Positions 1-10,399 of a stretch of DNA of 52,992 nt are shown piece by piece. Where the stretch lies: contig JBKSUH010000001.1 of assembly GCA_047233565.1 (NCBI GenBank), positions 1 through 52,992 on the forward strand. The letters are read 5' to 3'. Source of the DNA: Alistipes sp. (GTDB taxonomy: Bacteria; Bacteroidota; Bacteroidia; Bacteroidales; Rikenellaceae). How positions within the stretch are numbered: the first letter of the stretch is position 1; every line of letters starts with the position of its first letter. The notes below the pieces were generated by a model. The model saw nothing but the letters and a program-made list of their open reading frames with translations, was not told the origin of the DNA and made no database searches. The translations under genes were made by a program, and so were the position numbers.

Positions 1-184
1 CATCCCCGGTGAAGGCCACAACTTGCAGGAGCACTCCATCGTGCTCGTCCGCGGCGGTCGTGTGAAAGACCTCCCCGGTGTACGTTACCACCTCGTGCGC
101 GGTGCGCTCGACTCGGCTGGTGTCGACGGTCGTCGCCAGCGCCGTTCGAAGTACGGTGCAAAGCGCCCCAAGGCAGGTAAATAA
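1..184 (+). CDS. rpsL: 30S ribosomal protein S12 (3' part, truncated by window edge)
   Basis: Frame 2 translates to [60 protein letters not shown], stop TAA 182-184. Confidence 0.97.
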   Translation, partial: IPGEGHNLQEHSIVLVRGGRVKDLPGVRYHLVRGALDSAGVDGRRQRRSKYGAKRPKAGK

Positions 185-222
185 TCACGAGAAACATTAA
201 TTAGACAATTTTCGAATAAACA

Positions 223-699
223 ATGAGAAAAGCTAAGCCAAAAAAGCGAATTCTACTTCCGGATCCCAAGTTCGGCGACGTGTCTGTGACCCGTTTCGTC
301 AACAACCTTATGTTGGACGGTAAGAAGAGTATTGCCTACACCATTGTCTACGATGCGTTGGATCTGGTAGGCAAGAAGATGAAGGATGCTGATAAATCTC
401 CCCTGGAAATCTGGAAACAGGCCCTGGAGAACATCACGCCCCAAGTCGAAGTGAAATCGAAGCGTATCGGAGGTGCGACGTTCCAGGTTCCTATGGAGGT
501 TCGTCCGGAGCGCAAGATTTCTATTTCCATGAAAAACCTTGTCCTCTATTCTCGCAAGCGCGCCGGAAAGACGATGGCAGATAGGCTCTCAGCAGAGATA
601 ATGGATGCCTTCAACCAGCAGGGTGCCGCCTTCAAACGCAAGGAGGAGATGCACCGCATGGCCGAGGCCAACAAGGCATTCGCACACTTTAGATTCTAA
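223..699 (+). CDS. rpsG: 30S ribosomal protein S7
   Basis: Intact ORF with [20 protein letters not shown] and [15 protein letters not shown]. Confidence 0.98.
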   Translation: MRKAKPKKRILLPDPKFGDVSVTRFVNNLMLDGKKSIAYTIVYDALDLVGKKMKDADKSPLEIWKQALENITPQVEVKSKRIGGATFQVPMEVRPERKISISMKNLVLYSRKRAGKTMADRLSAEIMDAFNQQGAAFKRKEEMHRMAEANKAFAHFRF

Positions 700-715
700 T
701 AAGGAGACCGAACAG

Positions 716-2819
716 ATGGCAACCAGAGATTTACATTACACTCGCAATATCGGTATCATGGCACACATCGATGCCGGTAAGACCACCACGTCGGAGCGGA
801 TCCTTTTTTACACGGGTAAAACCCACAAGATCGGTGAGGTACACGAAGGCGGCGCTACGATGGACTGGATGGTTCAGGAGCAGGAGCGCGGTATCACCAT
901 TACCTCGGCCGCTACCACCGCATTCTGGAACTATAAGGACAAACAGTACCAGATCAACCTGATCGACACCCCGGGACACGTCGACTTTACGGTCGAGGTG
1001 GAGCGTTCGCTCCGCGTGCTGGACGGCGCCGTTGCGACGTTCTGCGCCGTAGGCGGCGTAGAGCCCCAGTCGGAGACCGTATGGCGCCAGGCGGACAAGT
1101 ACAATGTCCCCCGTATCGGCTACGTCAACAAGATGGACCGCACGGGCGCCGACTTCTGGCCGTGTGCGCACAGATCAAGGAGCACTTCGGTGCTACGGCC
1201 CTTCCGGTCGTCCTGCCGATCGGTGCCGAGGACAAGTTCGAAGGATTGGTAGACCTTATATATAATAATGCGATCTATTACTACGACGACAAGTCCGTCC
1301 GCGATAACTTCGAACTGAAGGAGATTCCCGCCTCGATGGCCGAGGAGGCTGCCGAATGGCGTGCGAAACTCATCGAAGAGGTCGCTTCGACCGACGAGGT
1401 GCTGATGGAGAAGTTCTTCGAGGATCCCGATTCGATCACCCCCGAGGAGCTGCTCGCAGCCATCCGCAAGGCTACGATCTCGATGCAGGTCGTTCCGATG
1501 CTCTGCGGCTCGTCGTTCCACAACAAAGGCGTACAGAAACTGCTCGACTATGTCATTGCGTTCCTGCCCTCGCCGCTGGACGTGCCCGCCGTGACGGGTA
1601 TCAACCCCAAGACCGAGCAGGAAGAGGTTCGCCACGCTCGAGGCGATCCGTTCTGCGGTCTGGCGTTCAAGATCGCTACCGACCCGTTCGTAGGCCGTCT
1701 GGCTTTCGTGCGCGTTACTCGGTAAACTGATGCCGGTTCCTACATGGCACCCGCAGCGGCAAGCGCGAGCGTATCAGCCGTATTTACCAGATGCACGCCA
1801 ACAAGCAGAACCCCATGGAGACCGTATCGGCCGGCGACATCTGCGCTGCCGTAGGTTTCAAGGAGATCCATACGGGCGACACGCTCTGCGCCGAGAACGC
1901 ACCGATCGTCCTGGAGCAGATGACCTTCCCCGAACCGGTGATCGGCCTGGCCGTCGAGCCCAAGACCCAGAAGGATCTGGACAAGCTCGGCATCGCCCTG
2001 TCGAAACTGGCTGAGGAAGACCCCACCTTTACGGTTCACACCGACGAGGATTCGGGCCAGACCGTCATCAGCGGTATGGGTGAGTTGCACCTCGACATCA
2101 TCGTCGACCGTCTGCGCCGTGAGTTCGGCGTCGAGATCAACCAGGGTGCCCCCCAGGTCAACTACAAGGAGTCGCTTACCAAGACGGTTCAGCACCGCGA
2201 GGTGTTCAAGAAGCAGACCGGTGGCCGTGGTAAGTTCGCCGACATCATCTTCGAGATCGGCCCTGCCGACGACGGTGCGATGGGCCTTACGTTCGTTGAC
2301 CAGGTCAAGGGCGGTAATATTCCCAAGGAGTTCATCCCTGCGGTGCAGAAGGGCTTTGCTTCGGCGATGACCAACGGTGCGTTGGCCGGTTACAAGATGG
2401 ACTCGATGAAGATTACGCTGCTCGACGGTTCGTTCCACCCCGTGGACTCCGACCAGCTGTCGTTCGAAATCGCTGCCCGCAACGGTTATCGCAACGCTGC
2501 CCCCAAGGCCGGCTCGGTGATTATGGAGCCCATCATGTCCGTGGAGGTCGTGACCCCCGAGGAGAACATGGGCGACATTATCGGCGACCTGAACAAGCGC
2601 CGCGGCCAGATCACCGGCATGGAGTCGAAAGGCACCGCCCGCGTGGTGAAAGCCAAGGTTCCCCTGTCGGAGATGTTCGGCTATGTGACCGTACTGCGTA
2701 CGATCTCGTCGGGCCGTGCAACCTCGTCTATGGAGTTCTCGCACTTCGAGGAGGTTCCTGCCAACCTGGCTAAGGAGATCATCGAGAAAGCGAGTGGTAA
2801 ACGTAAGGATATAGAATAA
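716..2819 (+). CDS. fusA: Elongation factor G (split by several apparent sequencing frameshifts)
   Basis: [45 protein letters not shown] and SEMFGY are spread over ORFs 605-1252, 1081-1725 and 1791-2819; ATG at 716. Confidence 0.96.
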
Positions 2820-2827
2820 GCAAACAT

Positions 2828-3133
2828 ATGAACCAGAAGATTAGAATCAAGTTAAAGTCATTCGATCACAATCTCGTGGACAAGTCGGCCGAGAAGATTG
2901 TGAAGACCGTGAAGAGCACGGGCGCCGTTGTAAGCGGCCCGGTGCCCCTTCCCACGCGCAAGCAGATTTTCACGGTGAACCGCTCGACTTTCGTCAACAA
3001 GAAAGCCCGCGAGCAGTTCCAGCTCTGCACCTTCAAGCGTATCCTCGACATCTATTCGTCGACGCCCAAGACGATCGACGCACTGATGAAGCTGGAACTC
3101 CCCTCGGGTGTGGAGGTCGAAATCAAAGTGTGA
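2828..3133 (+). CDS. rpsJ: 30S ribosomal protein S10
   Basis: [12 protein letters not shown] ... GPVPLPT ... [11 protein letters not shown]. Confidence 0.98.
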   Translation: MNQKIRIKLKSFDHNLVDKSAEKIVKTVKSTGAVVSGPVPLPTRKQIFTVNRSTFVNKKAREQFQLCTFKRILDIYSSTPKTIDALMKLELPSGVEVEIKV

Positions 3134-3205
3134 TAACGGAAGGCTTGTACCTATATTAGTATAGCACGAAAGATCACTTTATTTATAACAAACAATCGAC
3201 AACAA

Positions 3206-3820
3206 ATGTCAGGACTTATTGGAAAGAAAATCGGAATGACTTCCGTTTACAGTGCCGAGGGTAAGAATATACCATGCACTGTCATTGAGGCTGGGCCGTG
3301 CGTTGTTACGCAAATCAAGACCGTGGAGAAGGATACCTACGAAGCGGTACAGATTGCCTATGACGAGAAAAGTGAAAAGCACACCAGCAGCAGTTTGTTA
3401 GGTCACTTCAAGAAAGCCGGCACTACCCCCAAGCGCAAGATGGCTGAATTCTAGGGTATGCCCGAAGTGAATCTCGGCGACACGCTCACCGTAGACCTCT
3501 TCTCGGAGGAGGACTGGGTCGACGTGACCGGGATATCGAAAGGTAAAGGCTTCCAGGGCGTTGTGAAACGCCACGGTTTCGGCGGCGTGGGCGGCCAGAC
3601 CCACGGCCAGCACAACCGTCAGCGCAAACCCGGTTCGCTGGGTGCGTCGTCCTATCCCTCGCGTGTCTTCAAGGGCAAGCGTTTGCCCGGCCAGATGGGT
3701 GGCGAGCAGGTCAAGGTTTTGAACCTGCGTGTTTTGAAAGTTATTCCCGAAAGCAACCTTATCCTCGTGAAAGGTTCGATCCCGGGTGCAAAAGGTGCTT
3801 ATTTAACAATTGAGAAGTAG
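3206..3820 (+). CDS. rplC: 50S ribosomal protein L3 (one in-frame TAG at 3452-3454, probably an error)
   Basis: [10 protein letters not shown] and [15 protein letters not shown]; ORFs 3206-3454 and 3458-3820 are in the same frame. Confidence 0.96.
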
Positions 3821-3821
3821 T

Positions 3822-4447
3822 ATGGAATTAGCTGTTTTAAACACACAAGGAAAGGAAACGGGTCGTAAGGTAGTCCTTTCGGATGCCGTTTTCGGCGTGG
3901 AGGCTAATGACCACGCTATCTACCTGGACGTGAAGCAGTATCTCGCTGACCAGCGCCAGGGTACGCACAAGTCGAAGCAGCGCAACGAGGTTGCCGGTTC
4001 GACGCGTAAGCTCAAGCGCCAGAAAGGCACCGGCGGTGCCCGTGCCGGCAGCATCAAGTCCCCCCTCTTCCCGGGAGGCGGCCGCATCTTCGGTCCCCAG
4101 CCCGCGATTACAGCTTCAAGCTCAACAAGAAGCTCAAGCAGCTGGCCCGCCGCAGCGCACTGACCTACAAGGCACAGGCCGGCGTCATCAGCGTAGTGGA
4201 GCCCATCTCGATGGATGCCCCCAAGACCAAGGCCGTCGTTGCCCTGGCCGATGCGCTGAAAGTAGCCGACAAAAAGGTACTGCTGGTTCTCCCGGAGTCC
4301 AATGCAAACCTTCAGCTCTCGTGCCGCAACCTCCCCTACGTACAGCCCGTGCTGGCGCAGAACGTCTGCACGTACGACGTGATGAACGCTTCGGCGATCG
4401 TGATGGTGGAAGGCGCTGAGAATGTATTGAATACGATGTTAGCTTAA
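3822..4447 (+). CDS. rplD: 50S ribosomal protein L4 (frameshift near 4100)
   Basis: [34 protein letters not shown]-terminal part in ORF 4196-4447. Confidence 0.95.
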
Positions 4448-4463
4448 AAACGCAAGACACACA

Positions 4464-4754
4464 ATGGAAATTATTATTAAGCCGGTTTTGACCGAGAAAA
4501 TGACGATTCAGGGCGAAAAGTTGAATCGCTACGGTTTTATCGTTGACGTGAGGGCTAACAAGCTGCAGATTCGCAATGCCGTAGAACAGATGTACAACGT
4601 CGTCGTGACGGATGTGAACACCGTGAACTACATGGGCAAACTCAAGAGCCGCTACACCAAGGCCGGTCTCTTGGAGGGTCGCGCTAACAACTTCAAGAAG
4701 GCTATCGTCACCTTGAAGGACGGAGATAAGATAGATTTTTACAGTAATATCTAA
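4464..4754 (+). CDS. rplW: 50S ribosomal protein L23
   Basis: [10 protein letters not shown] ... ANKLQI ... KKAIVTL. Confidence 0.97.
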   Translation: MEIIIKPVLTEKMTIQGEKLNRYGFIVDVRANKLQIRNAVEQMYNVVVTDVNTVNYMGKLKSRYTKAGLLEGRANNFKKAIVTLKDGDKIDFYSNI

Positions 4755-4759
4755 CGGAG

Positions 4760-5584
4760 ATGGCAGTAAAAAAATTTAAACCTGTTACCGCAGGTACGAG
4801 ACATAAGATTATCGGCACGTTCGAGGAAATCACGACGAACAAGCCTGAGAAATCGTTGCTCAGCCCCAAAAAGAGCTCGGGTGGACGTAACAACTCTGGT
4901 AAGATGACGGTTCGCTACATCGGCGGCGGTCACAAGCAGATGTATCGTAACATCGACTTCAAGCGCACGAAGGACGGCATTGCTGCAACTGTAAAATCTG
5001 TCGAGTACGACCCCAATCGTACTGCACGTATTGCACTTCTGGTATACGCCGACGGTGAGAAAAGCTACATCATCGCACCGAACGGCCTCCAGGTGGGCCA
5101 GACCGTAATGAGCGGCGCAGGCGTTGCTCCCGAGGTCGGAAACACGCTCTTCCTGAGCGAGATTCCGCTGGGTACGGTCATCCACAATATCGAACTCTAC
5201 CCCGGCCAGGGAGCCGCCATGGCTCGTTCCGCCGGTTCTTACGCCCAGTTGCTGGCTCGTGAGGGCAAATTCGCCATCATCAAGCTGCCCTCGGGCGAGA
5301 CTCGTATGGTACTCGTAACTTGCCGTGCTACGGTAGGCGTCGTGTCGAATGTCGACCACAACCTCGAAAGCTCCGGCAAGGCAGGTCGTGAGCGTTGGCT
5401 CGGCCGCCGTCCGCGCAACCGCGGCGTGGTGATGAACCCCGTGGATCACCCGATGGGTGGTGGTGAAGGCCGTGCATCCGGTGGTCACCCCCGTTCGCGC
5501 AAGGGTCTGCTGGCTAAGGGTTACAAGACTCGCAACCCGAAGAAGACGACCTCGAAGTTTATTATTTCCAAGAAGAAAAAATAA
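4760..5584 (+). CDS. rplB: 50S ribosomal protein L2
   Basis: [12 protein letters not shown] and [17 protein letters not shown]. Confidence 0.98.
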   Translation: MAVKKFKPVTAGTRHKIIGTFEEITTNKPEKSLLSPKKSSGGRNNSGKMTVRYIGGGHKQMYRNIDFKRTKDGIAATVKSVEYDPNRTARIALLVYADGEKSYIIAPNGLQVGQTVMSGAGVAPEVGNTLFLSEIPLGTVIHNIELYPGQGAAMARSAGSYAQLLAREGKFAIIKLPSGETRMVLVTCRATVGVVSNVDHNLESSGKAGRERWLGRRPRNRGVVMNPVDHPMGGGEGRASGGHPRSRKGLLAKGYKTRNPKKTTSKFIISKKKK

Positions 5585-5601
5585 TTAAATAAGAGTACAT
5601 A

Positions 5602-5871
5602 ATGAGCCGTTCATTAAAAAAAGGACCGTTTATCGACCCCAAGCTCGAAGCGAAAGTAGTCGCCCAGGCGGAAGGCAACAAAAAGTCGGTCATCAAAACT
5701 TGGTCGCGTGCAAGTATGATCTCGCCTGATTTCGTAGGTCAGACGATCGCTGTCCACAACGGAAACAAGTTTATTCCGGTGTATGTAACAGAGAACATGG
5801 TAGGGCACAAGCTCGGTGAGTTTGCCCCCACCCGTAACTTCCGCGGTCACGCAGGTAACAAGAAAAAATAG
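5602..5871 (+). CDS. rpsS: 30S ribosomal protein S19
   Basis: [10 protein letters not shown] ... [13 protein letters not shown]. Confidence 0.98.
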   Translation: MSRSLKKGPFIDPKLEAKVVAQAEGNKKSVIKTWSRASMISPDFVGQTIAVHNGNKFIPVYVTENMVGHKLGEFAPTRNFRGHAGNKKK

Positions 5872-5878
5872 GTAGAAA

Positions 5879-6289
5879 ATGGGTGCAAGAAAAGCAATAA
5901 AAGCCGAGAAAATCAAGGCTGAAAAGAAGCAGAAGGCAATCGCTATTCTGCGTGATTGCCCGACCTCTCCCCGCAAGATGCGCCTGGTGGCCGACATCAT
6001 CCGCGGCGTGGAGATCAACAAGGCATTGGGCATCCTTCGTTTTTCGAAGAAGGAGGCGTCGATCCGCATGGAGAAACTTCTCAAGTCGGCAATCGCCAAC
6101 TGGGAGGCCAAGAACGAGAACGAGCGCCTGGAAGATACGAAACTGTGTGTGAAAGAGGTGTTCGTTGACGGCGGCCGCATGCTGAAGCGTATTCAGGCTG
6201 CGCCCCAGGGCCGCGCTCACCGAATCCGCAAGCGTTCGAACCACGTGACGATCGTAGTTGACAAAATGGTAACCGTAGAAAACAAGTAA
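5879..6289 (+). CDS. rplV: 50S ribosomal protein L22
   Basis: [14 protein letters not shown] and [11 protein letters not shown], with a Bacteroidota-type basic N-terminal extension. Confidence 0.97.
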   Translation: MGARKAIKAEKIKAEKKQKAIAILRDCPTSPRKMRLVADIIRGVEINKALGILRFSKKEASIRMEKLLKSAIANWEAKNENERLEDTKLCVKEVFVDGGRMLKRIQAAPQGRAHRIRKRSNHVTIVVDKMVTVENK

Positions 6290-6293
6290 TCAG

Positions 6294-7085
6294 ATGGGAC
6301 AGAAAGTTAATCCGATAGCAAATCGTCTTGGTATCATCCGCGGTTGGGATTCCAACTGGTTCGGCGGCAAGGACTTCTCAGAGAAGCTGGTCGAGGACGC
6401 CAAGATCCGCAAATACCTGAATGTCCGTCTGGCCAAGGCAAGCATCTCGAAGATCATCATCGAGCGTACGCTGAAGCTGGTCACGGTGACCATTTCCACC
6501 GCTCGTCCGGGTATCATCATCGGCAAGGGCGGCCAGGAGGTCGACAAACTGAAGGAAGAGCTGAAGAAGCTCACCGGCAAGGAGATCCAGATCAACATCT
6601 TCGAGGTGAAGCGCCCCGAGGTGGATGCCGTGATCGTCGGCCAGAACATCGCCCGCCAGCTGGAGGGCCGCGTATCGTTCCGCCGCGCCGTGAAGACGGC
6701 CGTAGCATCGACCATGCGCATGGGTGCCGAGGGTATCAAGATCCAGGTTTCCGGCCGTGTAGGCGGCGCCGAAATGGCCCGCAGCGAAACCATCAAGGAA
6801 GGTCGTATTCCGCTGCATACGTTCCGTGCCGACGTGGATTTCTGCCTGACCGAGGCGCTCACCAAAGTGGGTATCCTGGGTGTGAAGGTCTGGATCTGCC
6901 AGGGCATCGTGTACGGCAAGCGCGACCTGTTCGAAATCGCAGGCGCATCGGCGCAGGCTCCCTCGGGCGACCGCGGTGAGCGTGGCGACCGCGGCGACCG
7001 TCGTGGTCGCGGCGACCGTCGCGGAGACCGGCGTGATCGCGGCGATCGTGGCGGTGACCGTCGTCGCAACAACAATAATAAGTAA
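6294..7085 (+). CDS. rpsC: 30S ribosomal protein S3 with RGD-rich low-complexity tail
   Basis: [17 protein letters not shown] and [11 protein letters not shown]. Confidence 0.98.
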   Translation: MGQKVNPIANRLGIIRGWDSNWFGGKDFSEKLVEDAKIRKYLNVRLAKASISKIIIERTLKLVTVTISTARPGIIIGKGGQEVDKLKEELKKLTGKEIQINIFEVKRPEVDAVIVGQNIARQLEGRVSFRRAVKTAVASTMRMGAEGIKIQVSGRVGGAEMARSETIKEGRIPLHTFRADVDFCLTEALTKVGILGVKVWICQGIVYGKRDLFEIAGASAQAPSGDRGERGDRGDRRGRGDRRGDRRDRGDRGGDRRRNNNNK

Positions 7086-7112
7086 GTCGGACCTTTTTAA
7101 AGCAAAACAACA

Positions 7113-7533
7113 ATGTTACAGCCGAAAAAGACCAAATTTAGGAGAATGCAGAAGGGTCGCATGAAGGGTATTGCTCAGAGAGGAAACCAACTTGCAACCG
7201 GTTCGTTCGCAATCAAAGCACTTGAATCCGCATGGATCACAGGTCGTCAGATAGAGGCGGCGCGTCAGGCCATCACCCGTTACATGAAGCGTGAAGGCCA
7301 GCTCTGGATCCGCATCTTCCCCGATAAACCCATCACGAAGAAGCCCGCCGAGGTGCGTATGGGTAAGGGTAAGGGTAATCCCGAAGGATTCGTGGCGCCG
7401 TTACTCCCGGACGTATTCTCTTCGAGGCGGAAGGCGTGCCGAAATCGGCGAGGCCCTGCGTCTGGGCGCCCAGAAACTGCCCATTACCACCAAGTTTATC
7501 GTAAGGCGTGACTACGTCGAAACCACAATCTAA
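7113..7533 (+). CDS. rplP: 50S ribosomal protein L16 (frameshifted near 7400-7445)
   Basis: [16 protein letters not shown] and [13 protein letters not shown]-terminus [16 protein letters not shown] in another frame. Confidence 0.95.
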
Positions 7534-7545
7534 CGAGACGACAAG

Positions 7546-7734
7546 ATGAAAAGTGCAGAAATCAAGGATATTTCGATCAAAGACCTGCAGGAGCGCATCG
7601 AGACTGAGAAGGCTCAGCTTGCAAAGCTGAAGGTGCAGCACGCGGTGTCCCCCGTCGAGAACCCTTCTATCATTAAGAAAAACCGCAGAGATATAGCTCG
7701 TATGCTGACAATCCTGCGTCAAAAAAACGCCTAA
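7546..7734 (+). CDS. rpmC: 50S ribosomal protein L29
   Basis: 62 aa, ENPSIIKKNRRDIARMLT, operon position. Confidence 0.95.
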   Translation: MKSAEIKDISIKDLQERIETEKAQLAKLKVQHAVSPVENPSIIKKNRRDIARMLTILRQKNA

Positions 7735-7746
7735 TAAGGAATAGCT

Positions 7747-8001
7747 ATGGAAAGAAATCTTAGAAAAGAGCGTATTGGGGTGGTTGTCAGCAACAAGATG
7801 GAGAAAACCATTGTGGTTGCAGTAGCACGTAAGGTGAAGCATCCGATCTACGGCAAGTTCGTCAACAAGACGACGAAGTTCGTCGCCGAGTCACTCGACG
7901 AGACCTGCAAGGAAGGCGACACCGTCCGTATCATGGAGACCCGCCCGCTGAGCAAAACGAAGCGTTGGAGATTAGTACAAATTATTGAAAGAGCTAAGTA
8001 A
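7747..8001 (+). CDS. rpsQ: 30S ribosomal protein S17
   Basis: [20 protein letters not shown] and [11 protein letters not shown]. Confidence 0.97.
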   Translation: MERNLRKERIGVVVSNKMEKTIVVAVARKVKHPIYGKFVNKTTKFVAESLDETCKEGDTVRIMETRPLSKTKRWRLVQIIERAK

Positions 8002-8003
8002 TT

Positions 8004-8369
8004 ATGATACAGCAGGAAAGTAGACTCGTAGTAGCTGATAACAGCGGTGCAAAGGAAGTTCTCTGCATCCGGGTGCTGGGCGGTACCAAACGCCGCTACG
8101 CATCTATCGGCGATAAGATTGTGGTGGCTGTCAAGAGCGCGACTCCTTCGGGCGATGTCAAGAAGGGTGCCGTGTCGAAAGCAGTCGTCGTAAGAACGAC
8201 CAAGGAAATCAGACGTGCCAACGGTTCGTACATTCGTTTCGACGACAACGCCGTGGTGCTGCTTAACAACCAGGGTGAAATGCGCGGTACTCGTATATTT
8301 GGCCCCGTAGCTCGTGAGCTGCGCGACCAGTATATGAAGATTATCTCCCTCGCACCCGAAGTATTGTAA
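8004..8369 (+). CDS. rplN: 50S ribosomal protein L14
   Basis: [15 protein letters not shown] and [12 protein letters not shown]. Confidence 0.98.
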   Translation: MIQQESRLVVADNSGAKEVLCIRVLGGTKRRYASIGDKIVVAVKSATPSGDVKKGAVSKAVVVRTTKEIRRANGSYIRFDDNAVVLLNNQGEMRGTRIFGPVARELRDQYMKIISLAPEVL

Positions 8370-8389
8370 TCATAAAAACAATTTCGGAT

Positions 8390-8713
8390 ATGTCAGTGAA
8401 ATTACATATTAAGAAAGGGGATATGGTGCAGGTCATCGCCGGTGACAACAAGGGCCAGCAGGGCAAAGTCCTGAAGGTCGAAGCTGAAAAGCAGCGTGCC
8501 ATCGTCGAGGGGGTGAACCTTTGCAAGAAGGCCACCAAACCCAATGCGCAGAACCCCCAGGGTGGTATCGTCGAGAAAGAAGCGCCGATCCACGTATCGA
8601 ACCTGCAGGTGCTCGACCCCAAAGGCGGTAAACCCACCAAAGTCGGTCGCAGGCTCAATGCAAAAGGTAAATTAGTCCGTTACGCTAAAAAGTCAGGGGA
8701 GGAGATCAAATAA
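8390..8713 (+). CDS. rplX: 50S ribosomal protein L24
   Basis: [12 protein letters not shown] and EAPIHVSN. Confidence 0.97.
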   Translation: MSVKLHIKKGDMVQVIAGDNKGQQGKVLKVEAEKQRAIVEGVNLCKKATKPNAQNPQGGIVEKEAPIHVSNLQVLDPKGGKPTKVGRRLNAKGKLVRYAKKSGEEIK

Positions 8714-9273
8714 TGGCATACGTACCTACACTCAAGACACAGTATAAGGAGCAGATCGTAGCTGCCCTTATGAAGGAGTTCGGTTACTCGAGCGTTATGC
8801 AGTGCCCGAAGCTCACGAAGATCGTTATCAACCAGGGTATGGGACAGGCTGTCGCCGATAAGAAACTCATCGACGTGGCCGAGGCCGAGCTGACGCAGAT
8901 CACGGGTCAGAAAGCCGTGCAGACGCGTTCGCGCAAGGACATCTCCAACTTCAAGCTGCGCAAGGGCATGCCGATCGGCGTGCGCGTGACGCTGCGCGAT
9001 ACGAAGATGTACGAATTCCTCCAGCGCCTGATCGCCGTGGCGCTCCCCCGTATCCGCGACTTCAAGGGTATCAACGAGAAGTTCGACGGCCAGGGCAACT
9101 ATACCCTCGGCATCACCGAGCAGATCATCTTCCCGGAGATCGACATCGACAAGATCACCAAGATCTTCGGTATGGAGATTACGTTCGTTACCACGGCCAA
9201 GACCGACGAGGAGGCGTATGCCCTGCTCCGCGAATTCGGCCTCCCTTTCAAAAACGCTAAAAAGAATCAATAA
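8713..9273 (+). CDS. rplE: 50S ribosomal protein L5
   Basis: [23 protein letters not shown] and LPRIRDFKG. Confidence 0.98.
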   Translation: MAYVPTLKTQYKEQIVAALMKEFGYSSVMQCPKLTKIVINQGMGQAVADKKLIDVAEAELTQITGQKAVQTRSRKDISNFKLRKGMPIGVRVTLRDTKMYEFLQRLIAVALPRIRDFKGINEKFDGQGNYTLGITEQIIFPEIDIDKITKIFGMEITFVTTAKTDEEAYALLREFGLPFKNAKKNQ

Positions 9274-9276
9274 GCT

Positions 9277-9573
9277 ATGGCAAAAGAGTCAATGAAGGCA
9301 CGCGAGGTAAAACGCGTGAAACTCGCAAACCGCTATGCTCACAAGCGCGAGGAGATTGCTGCCAAGGTGAAGAGCGGTGAGATGGATCACGAGGAGGCAT
9401 GGATCGCACTGTCGAAACTGCCCCGCAACTCGAATCCCATCCGCCAGCACAACCGCTGCAAGATCACGGGCCGTCCCAAAGGCTACATCCGCCTGTTCGG
9501 CATCAGCCGTATCCAGTTCCGCGAGATGGCTTCGAAGGGCCTGATTCCCGGCGTGAAGAAAGCAAGCTGGTAA
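9277..9573 (+). CDS. rpsN: 30S ribosomal protein S14, long zinc-independent type
   Basis: [10 protein letters not shown] ... [10 protein letters not shown] ... IPGVKKASW; only one Cys. Confidence 0.97.
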   Translation: MAKESMKAREVKRVKLANRYAHKREEIAAKVKSGEMDHEEAWIALSKLPRNSNPIRQHNRCKITGRPKGYIRLFGISRIQFREMASKGLIPGVKKASW

Positions 9574-9574
9574 T

Positions 9575-9620
9575 ATTTTCGGATGCCGGATCATATCCGG
9601 TATCCGAAAATTCATTTTCT
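9575..9620 (+). terminator. Terminator-like hairpin immediately after rpsN
   Basis: ATTTTCGGATGCCGGAT-CAT-ATCCGGTATCCGAAAAT (9575-9611, 17-bp stem with one G.U) followed by TCATTTTCT. Confidence 0.7.
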
Positions 9621-10200
9621 GCCGGGAGGCAATCCGAAGGGGAGGGAGTAGGGCTATGAAGGCTCTAAGGTAGGCTAAGTTCGTCCGAAGGGAGGGACAA
9701 GGTTTGCCGGTTAAGCTCATCTGAAGGAGAAATCCCGGATACGAGTCCGGATTTTGAGGGCGCAAGCCCGTGGACGGACGGCTGTCGCTGAGACGGCCCG
9801 GCGTCGGAGAGGGGCTTTGCAGGAGGGGAAACCCGGAATGCGGAGCGTGAATCCGGCGATTGTGCGCAGGCCGATGAAGCCTGCCGCAGTCCGATACCGC
9901 AGAGATCGGGGCTTATATGGGTGCAGAACCCGAGTAGTTACGTCGCAATGTCGAGGAAAGTGCCGCCGCAAGCGGTAACTTCTCGGCGGCGGGGCGGAAA
10001 TCGAGGGGTTAGGCATTTGGTTACAAATTTCTCGACCGAAGGGCCGGGGAGGGGTATCGCCGATTGCGGCGGCTCTCTTCCGAAGGGTCATCGGCTGTAG
10101 TGCCGACCGGGGATTTGTACGGGTTATGTTAGCAACGCATCCGTGCTAACATTGTCCGTATTCCGGGGCCGGGGCCTAAAAACGCCGAAAACAGGGCGTT
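9620..10200 (+). ncRNA. Candidate structured RNA: array of nearly contiguous hairpins, family unknown
   Basis: More than 12 hand-folded stems, many with G.U pairs valid only on the + strand; GNRA loops; no credible ORF. Confidence 0.35.
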
Positions 10201-10202
10201 AG

Positions 10203-10234
10203 CTTGGTTTTTTGAGAAATTATACGTATATTTG
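10203..10234 (+). promoter_or_regulatory. Bacteroidota sigma-A promoter upstream of rpsH
   Basis: cTTG (10203-10206), 20-nt spacer, TATATTTG (10227-10234); matches the -33 TTTG / -7 TAnnTTTG consensus. Confidence 0.75.
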
Positions 10235-10399
10235 CGCGCTTTATACCCCGGGCGTAACCCCCGTGCGAAGGGCGCGAAGGCGCTGGGAATGAGGCGCAAA
10301 ACAACGAGACATCCGAGGCGGCGGTAAGCCTGTTAGGACTTTAAGGCGCTGAGGGACAAATAATTAACTTATTACTTTAATTTTTAACTTCTATTCGTT

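Noticed and set aside
59..90. Streptomycin-resistance allele in rpsL
   Set aside because: The RVKDLPGVR motif is wild type, and the K43 region is outside the window
2820..2827. Absence of tuf after fusA
   Set aside because: rpsL-rpsG-fusA-rpsJ without tuf is the normal Bacteroidota arrangement
3452..3454. Alternative genetic code (TAG reassigned)
   Set aside because: TAG is used as a genuine stop by several neighbouring genes
9950..9980. RNase P RNA (GAGGAAAGTG resembles GAGGAAAGTCC)
   Set aside because: The downstream conserved blocks (AGTG..ACAGAA, GGGTGAAA, terminal ACAGAA.CCGGCTTA) are not present in order
9717..10091. ORFs 9717-10091(-) and 9754-9978(+) as genes
   Set aside because: Arg/Pro-rich composition typical of spurious GC-rich frames; no motif and no A-rich start context
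9900..10200. tmRNA or group I/II intron in the rpsN-rpsH gap
   Set aside because: No TTCGA T-arm with CCA end, no tag ORF, and no recognisable group I P7 or group II domain V/GTGCG boundary
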